A stretch of 64,000 nucleotides of DNA from positions 17 through 64,016 of the forward strand of contig CAYHEN010000001.1 in NCBI GenBank assembly GCA_964355745.1. Direction: 5' to 3'. Of the stretch, positions 30,353-39,696 are shown piece by piece. Each line of letters begins with the position of its first letter. The first letter of the stretch is position 1. Origin of the DNA: Candidatus Woesearchaeota archaeon. GTDB taxonomy: Archaea > Nanobdellota > Nanobdellia > Pacearchaeales > GW2011-AR1. The notes under the pieces are model-generated. The model was not told where the DNA came from, did no database searches, and saw only the letters and a program-made list of their open reading frames with translations. The position numbers were made by a program, and so were the translations under genes.

Positions 30353-31411
30353 ATGTCAAAAGATTTAGAAAATCTATCAGATGAAGACAGAACCTTCTTA
30401 GATAAAGCAAGTCAATTTCTTTCCTTAGATAAATACGGAGATTTTTTATTAAGGTGGGCAAGAGCTATTGAAGCTTATGGAACCCCAAGAGATTTTGTGT
30501 ATTCAACATATTATGAACAGACTAATGTTAATCTTGATGGTAAACTATATCCAATGCAGTATTTTATTTCTGAAAATAATGCACAGAGAGGAGCATTAAT
30601 GAATAAACAAAAGGCAGAAGCTGAGGCAAGAAAAACAAGGGGTGAAAAACCAAGATGGCCAAATGATGGAAATATTGCTTGTTTTCTTTGTGATAATATT
30701 GGGCAGGCAATAAGTAGAAGTGATAATATTGTTTATGATTTGGGAATTCATCTCATATTACCAAACAAATATCCCTCTCAATTCGGTCACTCTCTTTTTG
30801 TTCCAAAAGAGCATGATGATGAAACAAAAAGAGTAACACCCCAACAAATTCCAGAAGAGAGAGCAACATTATATGCCCCTGAAGAGGGGAAAACTCGAGG
30901 AAATATTCTTACAAGAGATTATCTGGATGCTGTGATTGAGTCTTGTGATAAATATCATTTATTTGGTGTTAGAAATCATGTACTTGATGGAATGAGTATT
31001 CCGGGTCACGACCACTTCCACATTTTCCCTCAAGACTTGCCTATATCTTCATTAGTTAGCTATGTTACTAAAGCAAAAAGAAAAACAGAATTTGGTCCAA
31101 CAATTTATTTATTAGAAAATACTCCCTTTGATACATTACTTATTCAAAGAGAAAATAGAAGAGATGTAACTTCTGTTGCTATTTCCCTCCTTGAAAAAAT
31201 GGAAAGAGACAATCAAGTATTTACTCTTACTTATAATAGAGGACAACTTTTTGTTAGCCCAAGGAACAGAGAACAAGTAAATAATAAAAGAATCCAAATT
31301 GGAGCAGGAGTTCCAACTCATTTTTCTGATACAAAAGGGGAAGAATTTTTACAAAGATTAGATAAATTTGTTCCGAAAAGAGGAGAATATAGCTGGGAAA
31401 AATACATGTGA
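30353..31411 (+). CDS. HIT-superfamily nucleotide phosphorylase/transferase-like protein
   Basis: CFLC, PNKYP and HDHFH (HxHxH) motifs, as in HIT/Ap4A- or NDP-hexose-phosphorylase-like proteins. Confidence 0.6.
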   Translation: MSKDLENLSDEDRTFLDKASQFLSLDKYGDFLLRWARAIEAYGTPRDFVYSTYYEQTNVNLDGKLYPMQYFISENNAQRGALMNKQKAEAEARKTRGEKPRWPNDGNIACFLCDNIGQAISRSDNIVYDLGIHLILPNKYPSQFGHSLFVPKEHDDETKRVTPQQIPEERATLYAPEEGKTRGNILTRDYLDAVIESCDKYHLFGVRNHVLDGMSIPGHDHFHIFPQDLPISSLVSYVTKAKRKTEFGPTIYLLENTPFDTLLIQRENRRDVTSVAISLLEKMERDNQVFTLTYNRGQLFVSPRNREQVNNKRIQIGAGVPTHFSDTKGEEFLQRLDKFVPKRGEYSWEKYM

Positions 31412-31417
31412 AATAAA

Positions 31418-32095
31418 ATGCCTACATTAGATTATACACCAATAGATTATAATTCCTGGAATTTTGGTGGACAAGGAAAAAATATACTTGATTCATTAAA
31501 AAAATCTGAAAGAGATATCTGGGGCGCTGCACTTCCTTTTCAAGATAAGAGAGAGGATATTGGGCATGCGGAAACTGTAACTTATTTTGCATTAAAAATT
31601 TTAGAGTCTATACCTGCAGATAGGAGAATAGTTATCCCTGCTGCGATTTTACATGACACTGGATGGAGCCAGCTTTCTTCTGAAGAAATCGCAAAATTTT
31701 ATTTGCCTAACTGGAAAGAATTTGAGCCACAACTGAGGAGAAAACATCAAGAAGAGGGAGTTAAAACCGCAAGAGAAGTTTTGGGGGTGTTGTATAAAAA
31801 AGAACTAATTCCTTCAATACTAGAGATAATTTCTCAACATGATACAAGGCAGGGATTTCTTAATACAGAAGATGGTGTTGTGAGAGATGCTGACAAACTT
31901 TGGATATTCACTGCTCCTTGTTGTGAATTAGCAGTAAGAAAAGAGCGTAATTTTGGAAAGTCGATTTATAATCAACTCAATGAATGGTTAAGTAGTGAAA
32001 GTTTTTTTTATTCTCCAATTTCGAAGAGTATTGCAAGAAAAGAATTTGAAAATAGTTTAAGCTATCTTCATGAAAAAAATATTTCATTAGAGTAA
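31418..32095 (+). CDS. HD-domain phosphohydrolase
   Basis: GH...AAILHDTG...H...HD...DADKL. Confidence 0.85.
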   Translation: MPTLDYTPIDYNSWNFGGQGKNILDSLKKSERDIWGAALPFQDKREDIGHAETVTYFALKILESIPADRRIVIPAAILHDTGWSQLSSEEIAKFYLPNWKEFEPQLRRKHQEEGVKTAREVLGVLYKKELIPSILEIISQHDTRQGFLNTEDGVVRDADKLWIFTAPCCELAVRKERNFGKSIYNQLNEWLSSESFFYSPISKSIARKEFENSLSYLHEKNISLE

Positions 32096-32136
32096 AATTT
32101 GATTAAATTTTTAAATATTAACATGCTTTACAGGAT

Positions 32137-32646
32137 ATGATAAACATCAACCCAGAGAATTATAAATCTGATAATATATTATCAGAAGAAGAACTTATAA
32201 AAAAATTAGAAGAATTGAGAAGAAATGGAAAAAAGATTGGTTTGTGCTCGGGGAGTTTTGATTTGCTTCATCCAGGACATATTACACATTTAACCTCTGC
32301 AAAGAAGATGTGCGATATACTTGTCGTGGCTGTTGCCAGAGATCATTTTAATTCCAAAAAGAAAGGGAAGAACAGACCAGTTTATTCTCATAATATTCGT
32401 GCATTTATGATAAGTAAACTAAGACCTGTTGATTTTGTTATTTTAGATGATGGCACACTTGATACTCTCAATTTAGTAAAGCCAGATATTTACATAAAGG
32501 GAATAGATTACTCAAGTGAGAAAAATCCAGATATTGAACAACAAAAAGGGATAATTAATAATATTGGTGGAAAGATATGCTATACTAAAGATGAAAAGCT
32601 TTCAACTACAGATATAATAAAATATATAAAAGAAGAAGTGGAATAA
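32137..32646 (+). CDS. Cytidylyl/adenylyltransferase (RfaE domain II-like)
   Basis: GSFDLLHPGH, RPVY, KGIDY, STT. Confidence 0.88.
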   Translation: MININPENYKSDNILSEEELIKKLEELRRNGKKIGLCSGSFDLLHPGHITHLTSAKKMCDILVVAVARDHFNSKKKGKNRPVYSHNIRAFMISKLRPVDFVILDDGTLDTLNLVKPDIYIKGIDYSSEKNPDIEQQKGIINNIGGKICYTKDEKLSTTDIIKYIKEEVE

Positions 32647-32659
32647 AAAATTAAACAAT

Positions 32660-34303
32660 CTAAATAAAATTAATATGCATTGGAAACTTGCCTTCTGGTT
32701 GTTTATATTCTATTTCTCCTTTTTTCAGTTTGTCAAGAAATTCGTTAACTTTATGTTGCAGGCATAAAGTTCCACACATGGTTTTTGCATCGAACTTTTC
32801 AGAGGCAATAAGATTCATAACTTCCCAGTATTTATCACTCTGCCAAATTTCTTTAAATGATTTTTCGCATATATTGCCAATGTGATATTTTTTATATTTG
32901 TCATTAAATAACATACCACAGGGGGCAACTAAACCAGAGCCAGAAAGCTGAATTATAAATGGTGGCCCATAGCATTGAGAATAATCTCTTTTTCCCCCGC
33001 TTAAAATCTTTGACCATTTTGCTTTTACAGAGTATGTATCTGTGGAATAGGATTCTGCTTCTTTTATCATTTCTATTAAATCTTTCTCAAAATATTTATC
33101 ATATTTCACACCCAAATTTCCTTCTTCATCATCACTGCAGTGTTTTATCACGAGATAGTCCACACCAAGTTCTTTCCCTAACTTTGCTAATGGCAAGATT
33201 TGATCCTTAAATTCAGGCATTAATACCATCTGCATTCCTATTGTCACATTAAAATTATTTTGTTTTTTTATTTGCACAGCTTCTTTTATTATATCAATAA
33301 CTTCATAGAAATCTTCTTCTTTACAGCCCATTATCTCTGCGTATCTCCTTGGTTCTCCTGCAGAAAAGTTAAATCTCAAATAAGTAAGACATGGAAGAAT
33401 ATCCTTGAGTCTGTCTTTTCTTAATAGCCTACCGTTTGTTCCAAGAGCCATATCTAACCCTAAACTTTTACCATATATAATCGCATCATATAGATAAGCT
33501 GAACATGTACTTTCACCATCGCTCACAAAACTTATTGCTTTAACTCCTATCTCTGCTGCATCTTTTAGAAATCTCCTTATAACGTCTAAAGTCATTCTTT
33601 TCTCATCATTCTCCTGCAATTGCCCGTAACAGTAGACGCATTTATAATTACATCTTCTTGTTAGAGCGCAATCTATTGTTATAGGAGCAATTCTCTCTCC
33701 TCTCAACCAGGCTTCAATTCTTTCTTTATGCCATGCTAGTTTTGTCCCATCTAAAATAAGTTTTTCTTGGTTATCTTCAAACTCTTCGGAATACAAATCC
33801 TTCCTTTCTATTACCATTACTGGTTTCTCAAATTTTCTAGCTTCTTCATATGCCCTTTTTATTTCTTCAACATTATTTGCTTCATAAACTGGAAAATGCA
33901 CTATTCTTTTGAAGATTTCTGTAAAATCTTGCATATGCTGTAAACCAGGATAAAGTGGTTTTGTTGCTCCAACTATTGCTCTTATGATTATTGGAGCCTT
34001 AAATTGCCCTTTAGACATTACTTCCATTTTATCTAAATGGTTTACTAATGCATCTAAGGCTATAAGCATGAAATCATGCCTCTCATAAAATAAAACCGGT
34101 TTAAATCCTTCTAAAGCAAGTCCGATTGCTAAACCAGCCATTAAGTTTTCTGCAACAGGAGTTTCTACACATTTTGATACATCAATATCTTTCAATGTCC
34201 CATAAGATTTTGAGCCATGAATTAGATTATAACCCAAAAAAATAACTTTATCATCTTCTGCTAATATTTCCATTTCTCTTTTTATTGCATCTTGATATTT
34301 CAT
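32660..34303 (-). CDS. ThDP enzyme E1-beta pyrimidine-binding domain fused to radical SAM/SPASM domain
   Basis: aa 1-172: ETPVAENLMAGLAIG, GLQH (transketolase/PDH-beta Pyr domain, no C-domain). aa ~180-547: CNYKCVYC...CYGPPF...PC...IGNI...CGTLC. Confidence 0.88.
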   Translation of the reverse strand: MKYQDAIKREMEILAEDDKVIFLGYNLIHGSKSYGTLKDIDVSKCVETPVAENLMAGLAIGLALEGFKPVLFYERHDFMLIALDALVNHLDKMEVMSKGQFKAPIIIRAIVGATKPLYPGLQHMQDFTEIFKRIVHFPVYEANNVEEIKRAYEEARKFEKPVMVIERKDLYSEEFEDNQEKLILDGTKLAWHKERIEAWLRGERIAPITIDCALTRRCNYKCVYCYGQLQENDEKRMTLDVIRRFLKDAAEIGVKAISFVSDGESTCSAYLYDAIIYGKSLGLDMALGTNGRLLRKDRLKDILPCLTYLRFNFSAGEPRRYAEIMGCKEEDFYEVIDIIKEAVQIKKQNNFNVTIGMQMVLMPEFKDQILPLAKLGKELGVDYLVIKHCSDDEEGNLGVKYDKYFEKDLIEMIKEAESYSTDTYSVKAKWSKILSGGKRDYSQCYGPPFIIQLSGSGLVAPCGMLFNDKYKKYHIGNICEKSFKEIWQSDKYWEVMNLIASEKFDAKTMCGTLCLQHKVNEFLDKLKKGEIEYKQPEGKFPMHINFI

Positions 34304-34932
34304 CAGAAAGATAAGCCTCCTGCTTTTTTCCCACCAAAATCAACCCACTTATCGGTTCCAACATGAGGGTAGGTTGCATTGTATTTATATCTTCTAACAC
34401 ATTTTGGCCAAGACATTTCTGATTTTCCATATCTCTCTTTTTTTGGAGTATCAACAGAACGATTATTGTCTTCTATTATAAAAATACAGGGCAAGTTCCA
34501 GCCGTCAACATATCTTACTGCTTCATAAAAATGCCCTTCATCTTCTGCCCCATCTCCTATAAAACACCATACCCTATTGTTACTGTCCTTCTTCTTTAGA
34601 CCTAATGCAATGCCAGCAGCAATTGCGGGGCAGCCGGCAACAATAGATGAAGTAAAAAAATTCAATTTTTTGTCAAATACATGCATACTGTCTCCTCTTA
34701 GAATCATTTCTTTTAATTTTTCTTTTGAACCACCAGCAAGAAGATAGTGATAATGATTCCTATGAGTGGATAAGATATAATCTCCCGGCTGAATTTCCTT
34801 GAAGATTTCCATTAATTCATCTTCATTCCCCCCAGAAAAGTGGACTGGATATGGAATTTTGGCATCTTCCCATAATTTAATTATTTCGCTTTCAAAATCA
34901 ATTAACTCCTGTTTTGTTATTTTTATTTCCAT
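34303..34932 (-). CDS. ThDP-dependent dehydrogenase E1-alpha-like subunit (short)
   Basis: HFSGGNE, STHRNH, GDGAEDEG...EDNN ThDP motif. Likely start ATG 34932. Confidence 0.88.
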   Translation of the reverse strand: MEIKITKQELIDFESEIIKLWEDAKIPYPVHFSGGNEDELMEIFKEIQPGDYILSTHRNHYHYLLAGGSKEKLKEMILRGDSMHVFDKKLNFFTSSIVAGCPAIAAGIALGLKKKDSNNRVWCFIGDGAEDEGHFYEAVRYVDGWNLPCIFIIEDNNRSVDTPKKERYGKSEMSWPKCVRRYKYNATYPHVGTDKWVDFGGKKAGGLSF

Positions 34933-34933
34933 T

Positions 34934-35986
34934 TTAAATAAAATTGTCATGGGGGTGCGGATTCTTTAATCTAAAAAGATAATTGTTTACAGGATCTAAT
35001 CTACATCCTTTTCTGCATACATCAATTCCTCTTTGTTTTATTTTTTCAATAATCTTTTTTCTCTGTTCACTTTCCCAAATTTCAGAAAAACTTTTTTCAT
35101 TTAGATTTCCATAGGTAAATTCAGGAGTGTTATAAAACAAGTTGCAGGGAATAACATTTCCTCTTGCATCTATTAATGCAAAAAAGGGCAGCCCATAACA
35201 TTCCCTGTAATCTCTTCCTTCTTCTATCCTTTTCATTGTCTGTTTCCTGAACTGCACCTGAAATTTTTCATCTTCTAATTTTTTTAACTCTTCCTCAATC
35301 CATTCTAGCTTTGAGTAATCCACTGAATAATTATTCTTACTTGAGGGATGATGAGAATAAGGCTTAATCTGTATGTTATCTGCTCCTGTCTCTTTTACCA
35401 ATTTAACTGCTCTTACTGCTTCATTAATATTTTCCGAAATCAATAGAAACTGAACCCCTATGGTTGTTTTCAATCCTTTTTCATTTCGTATTTTTACTGC
35501 TTCTTTTATATTGCTTATTACTTTGTCAAAATCTTCTTTTCTTGTTCCGTGAATTTTGGAATAACTTTCTCCTATTCCTGCATCAAGGCTAAATCTAATC
35601 CAAGATAAATGATGGAGACATCTTTCAGCCTTTTCTTTATCAAATAAGACTCCATTTGTAGTTATCGAAATATCCAAGCCATATTCTTTTGCTTTTTCTA
35701 TAAATTCACATATGTCCTTATGCAAAAGAGATTCACCCTCACCAGCAAACATAATTGATTTAACCCCATGATCCGCCATATCTTTTAATGCTGAAAGCAT
35801 AATTTCTCTGTTTATATCAGCACCGCCATGTTCTAACCAATCAAGTGCGCAAAAGATGCATCTGTGATTACACTTATTAGTAGTCCCTATTTCAACATAA
35901 ATAGGATAACAATCTCCCGCCTCATTCCATTCAAAAACTCTTTGGGGGTGAAAAGCGAGTTTGTGGCTGTCTGTCTCTATTTTCAT
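34934..35986 (-). CDS. Radical SAM/SPASM enzyme
   Basis: CNHRCIFC, AGEGES; CYGLPF...PC...YGNL...CRKGC. Confidence 0.9.
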   Translation of the reverse strand: MKIETDSHKLAFHPQRVFEWNEAGDCYPIYVEIGTTNKCNHRCIFCALDWLEHGGADINREIMLSALKDMADHGVKSIMFAGEGESLLHKDICEFIEKAKEYGLDISITTNGVLFDKEKAERCLHHLSWIRFSLDAGIGESYSKIHGTRKEDFDKVISNIKEAVKIRNEKGLKTTIGVQFLLISENINEAVRAVKLVKETGADNIQIKPYSHHPSSKNNYSVDYSKLEWIEEELKKLEDEKFQVQFRKQTMKRIEEGRDYRECYGLPFFALIDARGNVIPCNLFYNTPEFTYGNLNEKSFSEIWESEQRKKIIEKIKQRGIDVCRKGCRLDPVNNYLFRLKNPHPHDNFI

Positions 35987-36002
35987 TCTTTATACTTTTA
36001 AT

Positions 36003-37253
36003 TTAGTTGCTCTTAAATTCTTCTATGATATTATTAACATATTCAATTATTTCCTTTCTTCTTCTTTCCCCATAGGGATATGGAATTTCAAAATAAGGTG
36101 TAGGATTTTTCATATATTCCGCCCAATAATCTTTTTTGTAGAAGCCTTCCTTCAATAAACTTTGATAATAATCTGTATTTGGCTCTGGAAAAAGAATATT
36201 AAAATAAGGATATTTTATTCCAAGCTTCCTAATCATTTCAGGAAGTTCTGCAAGATACTTTTCATCATCTGTTGGTGCTCCTAATATAAAGTAGCCTAAG
36301 ATATCAATATTATTTTTATTCATTACTTCACAAAAACTTTTTATTTCTGCTAAAGAATTATTCTTTCTAAAAAATTCCAATGTTTTTTCATTAAGCGATT
36401 CTATCCCGACATGTATTCTTTTAAAATTATGCGCTGCAAGTTTTGGAGCTAAATCAAAGTCCATTCTTACCTGCCCCCTGCCGCTTAATTCAACAGAAAA
36501 ATTTTGCCGGTCCATCTCATCTAATATTTCTTGAACGTGATTCTTATTGATATTAAAATTGTCGTCTAAGATATGAACACTTCTGCAACCAACAGAATAA
36601 AGATGTTTCATCTCCTCAACTATTGTTTTCGGATTTTTGAACTGGACTTTTTTTGTTTGAACATTGCAGAAATTACAGTTATTCGGACACCCGATACTGG
36701 AGAACATAGGCAGTCTATTCGGAGCTTTGAATAAAACAGAAATTTTAGGAAAATAGTCTTCGATATTTATTAAAGTTCTATCTGGGAATTTTATATCATT
36801 TATTTGTGTATTGCATTGGATTACACCTTTAGGCAGTTCTTTTACAGCTTTAGCAAACTCCAGCTCTGCTAAAGGTCCGATAAAAACAGCATCAGCTCCT
36901 TTTTGGAGTACCTTTTCAGAATAATACAACGTATGCGGTCCTCCAACCACCTTATATGGGGCAGAAGTTCTTCTTAAAATTTCAGTCATTGCATAAACTC
37001 TTCTAGTAACAACAGAAAGTCCGAGTATGTCTGGTTTTTCAGACTCTATTTTTTCTATAGTTTGGTCAATTGTCCATCCTTCACTCGAAGGATCTAAAAT
37101 AACTATCTCATAGTCATCTGATAAATTTGTAGCCAAAGAAAGAATTCCTAAAGGAACATTTTTATTGCCTTTTGGCATAAAAAATTTGGGGGTTGTCCAA
37201 TCTACAAACTCTCCCTCTGCAGGCATTGTAGTTAATAAAATCTTTTTGGACAT
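36003..37253 (-). CDS. B12-binding radical SAM enzyme
   Basis: PLGILSLA, GGPH; GCPNNCNFC. Confidence 0.88.
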   Translation of the reverse strand: MSKKILLTTMPAEGEFVDWTTPKFFMPKGNKNVPLGILSLATNLSDDYEIVILDPSSEGWTIDQTIEKIESEKPDILGLSVVTRRVYAMTEILRRTSAPYKVVGGPHTLYYSEKVLQKGADAVFIGPLAELEFAKAVKELPKGVIQCNTQINDIKFPDRTLINIEDYFPKISVLFKAPNRLPMFSSIGCPNNCNFCNVQTKKVQFKNPKTIVEEMKHLYSVGCRSVHILDDNFNINKNHVQEILDEMDRQNFSVELSGRGQVRMDFDLAPKLAAHNFKRIHVGIESLNEKTLEFFRKNNSLAEIKSFCEVMNKNNIDILGYFILGAPTDDEKYLAELPEMIRKLGIKYPYFNILFPEPNTDYYQSLLKEGFYKKDYWAEYMKNPTPYFEIPYPYGERRRKEIIEYVNNIIEEFKSN

Positions 37254-37255
37254 TT

Positions 37256-38203
37256 TTAATAAAAATTTTGAATTTTTTTAATTTCCTCCAAAATTTTTTC
37301 TGTATTAATATCTAAAATGCATGGTTTTTCTTTTTTGCATTCTGGTTTAAAACAAGGCATGCATTCTGGAACTGGGTCGGGTAGAATTGCTTTCCCTTGT
37401 CCATAAAAATATACTTCTTTATGAGGAGTTGGCCCAAATAAAGCAAGAATTTTTTTATTTAATGCTATTGCCAAATGCATACCTAAACTATCATTACTGA
37501 TAACTAATTTCCCTGAGTTTATCCAATCCATATAATCATGCAGATTTGTTAATATTTCATTTGGTTGTTTATCCTGTCTGCTCACTTTTAATCCTTCTTC
37601 AATTAGCTTTTCTTCAATTCTGTTCCACCTCTCAGCAGACCAAGCTTTATTCGGCCATTTCTGGCCCGCAAGAGTATTTAAACAAACATCATACTGTTCC
37701 ATTGTTCTAGGTTTATATCCTAAAACATATTTTTCCCCATTCCATTTCTTTCCAACCATCTCAAACAGAAGTTCTTGGGCTGTCTTTTCATTTTTTTGTT
37801 TCAAAATAGAATCAGAGCTTACAGCCAAAACTTCAAAAGCTCTATCATGTGCTTCTGCTTCTCCAGTGAAGGTATTAAACCGAAATCCAAATTTTTTCCA
37901 TGCTTTTATCTTGTCAGCTAATGCGCAAATCCCAGGAACTTTTTCTAAGTTTATTACACTATCGAACTCTTCTGATTCTAGTTGCAAAATTGTATTTACA
38001 TCGTAAGGCAATAATCTTTTTATAAAAGGATTATTTTCCAACAAAGGATAAGCGGATTCATCAGTTACCCATGTTACATTATCTTCTTTATATAAATGTA
38101 AAAGGGGTGTTGTCCTTAGTACATCTCCAAAACTAACTTTTCTAGAATGATTTCTCTCGAGAAATTCAGAATATCCTGCTTTTATTATTAAAACCTTTTC
38201 CAT
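37256..38203 (-). CDS. GT9 (heptosyltransferase-like) glycosyltransferase
   Basis: FGDVLRTT, WPNKAW, NDSLGMHLA, LFGPT, CMPC...C...C. Confidence 0.88.
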   Translation of the reverse strand: MEKVLIIKAGYSEFLERNHSRKVSFGDVLRTTPLLHLYKEDNVTWVTDESAYPLLENNPFIKRLLPYDVNTILQLESEEFDSVINLEKVPGICALADKIKAWKKFGFRFNTFTGEAEAHDRAFEVLAVSSDSILKQKNEKTAQELLFEMVGKKWNGEKYVLGYKPRTMEQYDVCLNTLAGQKWPNKAWSAERWNRIEEKLIEEGLKVSRQDKQPNEILTNLHDYMDWINSGKLVISNDSLGMHLAIALNKKILALFGPTPHKEVYFYGQGKAILPDPVPECMPCFKPECKKEKPCILDINTEKILEEIKKIQNFY

Positions 38204-38278
38204 TTTACTTTCTTTTTATTTAAGATTATAAAGAAGGATAATGATTTATAAATCTTATTATACTTTAGTTAGATTTTC

Positions 38279-39490
38279 TTAAGAGTTTTCTTTATTAAAG
38301 TCTACTACTTTATTAATAAAATTCTCCAATCTCACAAAATTCTTTTCCATGCTTAATTCATTCCTGGCAATAACTATATTTTTTTGAATTTTTTCCCAGC
38401 TTATTTTTTGCAGTCTCTTTTTCAAATTTTTTAGATTCTTATCGTTAAAAGACATTGAAAGATTATAATGTTTCATTAATTTATCCACAAAGACAAGTTG
38501 TTTGTTATAAATAAAAGGAATCCCTGCTTCTAAATAACTGGCTAGTTTATTTCCTGTTGCAAAAAGAGGTTCTATGGTTGTTCCGTCAACTAAATTTGAT
38601 GCCCAAAATCCAAAATCATACTTTGAAATCTCTGGGACTATTTCTTTAGGTCCAAGAGGCTTATGTATATGAAAAAATTTATTATTCATTATCTCATCAA
38701 ATACACGCGAGATATACTCTCCTTCATTTTTCTCAGAAAGATGCTTAAAAGTCACATAAGCATGTATATGAATTCCTTGATTTAGGATTATTTTAAACAG
38801 GTTTGTAAGTCTAGAATCTGATGGAAAACCTCCAATATACACCATATGAAAAAAATTGTCCTTTTTTGAAAGTTTATCTTTGTTGATAGGAACTGTAAAT
38901 TCCTTGGAACAATATGGAAGAAAATTTAATTGAAAAGGAACGATTTTCAAATTTTTATGAATTCTATTATCAAGGTATTTAAGCTCGTCTGGAGCGCCCT
39001 TATGCGTTATTCCATTGGCATTTTCAAAACAATATCTTTCTGCTTCTATTTCAAATTTTTTGGTTGTTTTTAATGCCTTTTCTTTGGAATTGTATAAATG
39101 AGAGATAATATCATAAGGAAAATAAATAAAAGGATATTTCTTAAAAATATATTTATGCACTAATTTTAATTGCCAATTGTTTCCAGAAACACCTATTACT
39201 ACATAGGGTTTTAAAATTTTCATGGAAATTATAAATTTGATAAGACTTGGAATTTTTTTTATAAAATAAAAAAGAGATTTTAGATTTGGTTTAAAAAACT
39301 GAAAATTTGAACATATTATTTTATCAAATGCTTTTGAATAGAAATTGAAATCAAATCTGTCTTTCTCAGACACTGTTATTAAAACAGTCTCGTAGTTTTT
39401 TTCCTTGAATATTTTTGCTATCTTATATATCATCTCAAAAGGATGAGACGCACAATAAAATACAATTTGTTTTTTATCTTTCATTTTCAC
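38279..39490 (-). CDS. Divergent GT-B-fold glycosyltransferase-like protein
   Basis: YIGG, YDFG, NKLASYLEAGIP resemble the GT4-like C-terminal signature. Confidence 0.6.
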   Translation of the reverse strand: MKMKDKKQIVFYCASHPFEMIYKIAKIFKEKNYETVLITVSEKDRFDFNFYSKAFDKIICSNFQFFKPNLKSLFYFIKKIPSLIKFIISMKILKPYVVIGVSGNNWQLKLVHKYIFKKYPFIYFPYDIISHLYNSKEKALKTTKKFEIEAERYCFENANGITHKGAPDELKYLDNRIHKNLKIVPFQLNFLPYCSKEFTVPINKDKLSKKDNFFHMVYIGGFPSDSRLTNLFKIILNQGIHIHAYVTFKHLSEKNEGEYISRVFDEIMNNKFFHIHKPLGPKEIVPEISKYDFGFWASNLVDGTTIEPLFATGNKLASYLEAGIPFIYNKQLVFVDKLMKHYNLSMSFNDKNLKNLKKRLQKISWEKIQKNIVIARNELSMEKNFVRLENFINKVVDFNKENS

Positions 39491-39502
39491 TTTAAGTTCT
39501 AA

Positions 39503-39586
39503 TTAATTTTTTCTTGAATCACCCTCTTCATCTAAAAATTTAGAATAACCAGTTTTTATAATTAAAATTTTTTCTCTCTGGTTCAT
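39503..39586 (-). pseudogene. 27-codon relic of a GT9 N-terminus
   Basis: Translates MNQREKILIIKTGYSKFLDEEGDSRKN*, closely matching the start of the GT9 at 37256-38203 (MEKVLIIKAGYSEFLERNHSRK). Confidence 0.75.
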
Positions 39587-39696
39587 AAAGAAAAAATGAG
39601 GCTTAAGGTTTAAAAAGATTATTATCCAAAAGATTGTCAATTCTTTGAGAGGAGTTTGGAGTTAAGTTTATAAATGATTATGGCATCATAAAAAAA

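Noticed and set aside
32660..34932. Pyruvate dehydrogenase complex
   Set aside because: The alpha subunit is short, the beta lacks its C-domain and is fused to rSAM, and no E2/E3 is in the window.
19465..35986. RiPP cluster based on SPASM enzymes
   Set aside because: No precursor peptide, PqqD/RRE domain, peptidase or peptide exporter was seen.
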